Part shown: one piece after another, positions 63,661 through 64,000 of the stretch
Layout of the letters: every line of letters starts with the position of its first letter
How positions within the stretch are numbered: position 1 is the first letter of the stretch
Program-made: the position numbers and the translations under genes
The notes under the pieces: generated by a model
Database searches by the model: none
What the model was told of the DNA's origin: nothing
Seen by the model: the letters and a program-made list of their open reading frames with translations, nothing else
From: Nemertoderma westbladi
Taxonomy: Eukaryota; Animalia; Xenacoelomorpha
Reading direction: 5' to 3'
Assembly: GCA_032718475.1 (NCBI GenBank)
Contig: JAUCBJ010002501.1
Location: forward strand, 1-64,000
DNA length: 64,000 bases

Positions 63661-64000
63661 GGTGAAGACCTCGTTTTGGAATTTCGAAACCACGCTGGTG
63701 CGATGCGCGATATCGTGTTTAGTTAATAAATTGAAAAATCCATCAATTCATGTGCAACCAGTAATAAGAAATCGCGATAAATGTAATTAAATAAAAATTA
63801 TTCTAGAAAAATTTTCCTCAAAAAGTATGAAGTCTTGGCATTGGTGACGCGAAACTAGGCTAGTGAGATTCAGGATATTGCGTTTAATATAAAAATCGAA
63901 AACGCTATCGAATTCCATAAAGGCGTTAATGAAAATACTGCAACTTTTTTGAAATTTGTAAAATTCTAGAACTGGAAAAAATTAATTTCTGAACGGCGCT

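Overview
AT-rich, repeat-dense eukaryotic (probably invertebrate animal) DNA. One 10-14 kb unit carrying an intronless SLC18B1-like MFS transporter is present three times: copy A (~821-15210, +), copy B (~30602-48308) and copy C (~51712-62426), with B and C inverted relative to A. All three transporter ORFs are intact. The A/B spacer holds a BEL/Pao LTR retrotransposon with unusual TAT...ATA termini nested in a CR1-like LINE. A Penelope-like element (PLE; RT + GIY-YIG, minimal hammerhead near its 3' end) sits exactly at the B/C junction, so B and C flank it like a ~10-kb target-site duplication. The most striking feature is a non-coding 841-bp insertion unique to copy B (35658-36498, 13-bp TSD). 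Its 368-bp monomers carry a type I hammerhead ribozyme built inside a tRNA-like Pol III A-box/B-box unit, arranged tandem plus inverted: a candidate tRNA-derived retrozyme mobilised by PLEs. Other elements: DD41D mariner, IS3EU derivatives, many RTE fragments, piggyBac and Harbinger MITEs, several minisatellites. All calls were made by eye; no searches or folding were run.
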